Below are positions 61,641 to 64,000 of a DNA stretch of 64,000 bases, in pieces (positions within the stretch are counted from its first letter, which is position 1; every line of letters begins with the position of its first letter). The stretch covers positions 155-64,154 of the forward strand of contig JAXGOZ010000010.1 of assembly GCA_040767255.1 (NCBI GenBank). The letters run 5' to 3'. The notes below the pieces were generated by a model that worked only from the letters and a program-made list of their open reading frames with translations, was not told the origin of the DNA and ran no database searches. The translations under genes and the position numbers were made by a program. This DNA is from Caldisericia bacterium. Its GTDB lineage: Bacteria; Caldisericota; Caldisericia; UBA6126.

Positions 61641-61691
61641 ATGATGAATATGCTATTATTCTTTGAAAAATGGCGTCAATGTTTTTTCTGA
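61641..61691 (+). CDS. mini-ORF, 16 aa (MMNMLLFFEKWRQCFF), possible leader peptide
   Basis: Perfect AGGAGG 5-6 nt upstream of the ATG. Sits between the promoter-like element and the NuoE-like gene. Confidence 0.25.
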   Translation: MMNMLLFFEKWRQCFF

Positions 61692-61754
61692 CATACGTGA
61701 ACTTCTCTCTTTTCTAGTTTTTTCTTTTCATGAAAAAATCAATCAAACAAAGGA

Positions 61755-62309
61755 ATGAACATGAGTGAATTGAATCAGTTTAACAGCATGTGTAAAAAAA
61801 GTAGTGATGAGCTAGCACACGATACTTCTCAGTTGGACGAAGTATTACAGGCTTACAAACATAAACCAGGCAGCATGATCACTATTTTACAAAAGGCTCA
61901 AGACATCTACGGTTACTTACCCAAAGATATCATTCGTTATATCTCACAAGAAACTACCATTAAAACACCTATCATATACGGTGTAGCGACTTTTTATACA
62001 CAATTTCGCTTACAACCTGTAGGAGAGTTTCTCATATTGCTCTGTAAGGGTACTGCCTGTCACGTTAATGGAGCCAATGAGATTGAGCAAACCATCTGTG
62101 ATGAACTTAACATACAAAATGGTGAAACTACAGAAGATGGTTTGTTTACCCTAAACAACGTTGCTTGTCTGGGTTGTTGCAGTCTATCTCCCGTAATGAT
62201 GATCAACGGAGAAACCTATGCAAAAATGACTCCAAAAAAGGCTCGATCCATTCTTCGAGATCTACGTAAGAAAAGCTCCATAAATAAAGGCAAGGAGGAT
62301 CAAGTATGA
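61755..62309 (+). CDS. NuoE/HydC-like thioredoxin-fold [2Fe-2S] subunit
   Basis: Cys pattern CKGTAC...CLGCC and PVMMINGETY, typical of the NuoE 24-kDa family. Confidence 0.85.
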   Translation: MNMSELNQFNSMCKKSSDELAHDTSQLDEVLQAYKHKPGSMITILQKAQDIYGYLPKDIIRYISQETTIKTPIIYGVATFYTQFRLQPVGEFLILLCKGTACHVNGANEIEQTICDELNIQNGETTEDGLFTLNNVACLGCCSLSPVMMINGETYAKMTPKKARSILRDLRKKSSINKGKEDQV

Positions 62310-64000
62310 AGATAATCATCGGTCAGGGAAGTTGTGGAATTGCTGCGGGAGCCGACAAAGTTACGGTAGCAATTCAGAAGGAACTTGAATCTAGAAATCA
62401 CCCGCTAGAGATCGAATTGGCTGGTTGTTGCGGTACCTGCTATCTTGAACCTATTGTAGATGTTGTTTCAGAAAATGGACAAAAAACAACATTTGTGTCT
62501 GTAAAGCCAGAGCACATACCAGAAATTCTTGATTTTGCTATTCATCAGAAGCAACCAAAAGATGCAATGATGATGGGTGAGAACGATCAAGCTTCCTTGG
62601 ACAAACAGGTTCGTATTGCTCTGCGCAATGCAGGAATTTTGAACCCGGAGAAAATTGAAGATTATCTCGCAAATGATGGCTACAAGGCTATTCAAAAATG
62701 TTTGTTAGAAATGACACCAGAAGACGTTATCGAAGATGTGAAAATATCTGGCTTAAGAGGACGAGGAGGGGCTGGGTTTCCTACTTGGTTTAAATGGCAG
62801 GCTGCGAATCAACAAAAAGCTACACCAAAATATATTGTATGCAATGGAGATGAGGGTGACCCCGGAGCATTTATGGACAGGAGCATATTAGAAGGAGACC
62901 CCCATAGCGTTATTGAGGGCATGATGATAGGTGGTTATGCTATTGGTGCAAACGAAGGTATCATTTATGTCCGGGCTGAGTATCCTTTAGCGATTAAACG
63001 ATTAGAAATTGCCTTAAAACAAGCCAGAGAGAAGGGAATACTTTGGTAAGAATATTTTCGGTACCGGTTTTGATTTTGATATATGGATTAAAGCTGGCGC
63101 AGGTGCTTTTGTGGAGAAGAAATGCACTTATAGCATCATTAGCAACGAGGTATGCCCCGATTGAAACCACCATTTCCGGCTCAAAAAGGCTACTGGGGAA
63201 AGCCAACAAATATCAATAATGTAGAAACATTTGCTAATATTCCTTGGATATTACTCTCCGGAGGAAGTGCCTTTGCAGCCTTGGGTACTGAAAAAAGCAA
63301 AGGAACCAAAGTGTTTGCCCTTGCTGGAAAAATACAGCGAGGTGGATTAATTGAAATTCCTATGGGCCTCACATTGCGGGAAGTTATATATGATATTGGT
63401 GGCGGCATTCAAGACGATAAAGCATTCAAAGCAGTTCAAATGGGAGGTCCCTCAGGTGGATGTATTCCCGCTACACTTCTAGACACTCCTATTGATTATG
63501 AATCGATCACTGCCACAGGAGCTATTATGGGTTCTGGTGGAATGATTGTCATGGATGAAACTACTTGTATGGTGGATATGGCTAGATTCTTTTTGGACTT
63601 TACCTGTAAAGAATCTTGTGGAAAATGCGTTCAGTGTCGAGTAGGCACCAAACGAATGCTTGAAATTTTAGAAAGAATCACCAATGGAGAAGGTAAAGAT
63701 GGTGATATTGAATTACTAGAAGATCTTTGTCAAAAAGTAAAAGATGGTTCTCTATGTGCTTTAGGTGGAACAGCTCCTAATCCAGTATTGACAACCCTAC
63801 AATATTTCCGTGACGAATACGAAGCTCATATTTATGAACACCGTTGTCCAGCACACAATTGTAAGAAGTTGTTAACGTATACCATCAAAGAAGATTTATG
63901 TGTTGGATGTGGAGCGTGTGCAAAGAAATGTCCATCCAACGCAATCAGTGGTGAACCCAAAAAAGTACACTCTATTCATCAAGAACTTTGCATTAAATGC
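62306..64000 (+). pseudogene. NuoF/HydB-like NADH-binding FMN/Fe-S flavoprotein subunit, four frame breaks at 63045-63145, 3' partial at window edge
   Basis: GLRGRGGAGFPT and VCNGDEGDPGAF lie in ORF 62306..63049. GKNIFGTGFDFDI, CGEE and ALIASL are in shifting frames. From 63146 one frame is open to 64000 ([12 protein letters not shown]...[10 protein letters not shown]...[12 protein letters not shown]). Confidence 0.8.

Overview
64-kb chromosomal segment from an AT-rich, apparently anaerobic bacterium. I cannot assign a lineage from sequence alone. Housekeeping synteny looks Firmicutes-like: rsmE-mtaB-rpsU ... pgpH-ybeY; rsmI-metG-tatD; rplS-lepB-rnhB-yraN; secDF; recG; rpsA; pcrA. Genes are tightly packed, and many stop/start codons overlap (TAATG, ATGA, GTGA). 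Metabolic content: a ferredoxin-fused EtfAB pair, lipAB, an ABC-2 exporter, a nadABC operon, a five-gene flavoprotein/Fe-S oxidase cluster plus murI, a serA-like dehydrogenase, two glutamate dehydrogenases, and the NuoE/NuoF-like flavoprotein genes typical of bifurcating hydrogenase or formate dehydrogenase operons. I saw no rRNA, tRNA, CRISPR array, IS element or prophage. Two things stand out. (1) Two adjacent paralogous giant proteins (54720..59952) have a PEP/pyruvate-binding ATP-grasp core. One is fused to receiver domains. Both lack the phosphohistidine swivel motif and end in a shared uncharacterised module. This is the best candidate for an undescribed system. (2) About eleven short patches are dense with frameshifts or stop codons and cut across gene boundaries. 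They disrupt nadABC, gdhA, a class-V aminotransferase, pcrA, mtaB, lipA, tpiA, rsmG, a CorC-like gene and the NuoF-like gene. The indel-dominated pattern, with family motifs still readable between breaks, could be low-quality assembly or real decay. Sequence alone cannot decide. All protein-family calls come from motifs I recognised by eye in the supplied translations. No database search was run.
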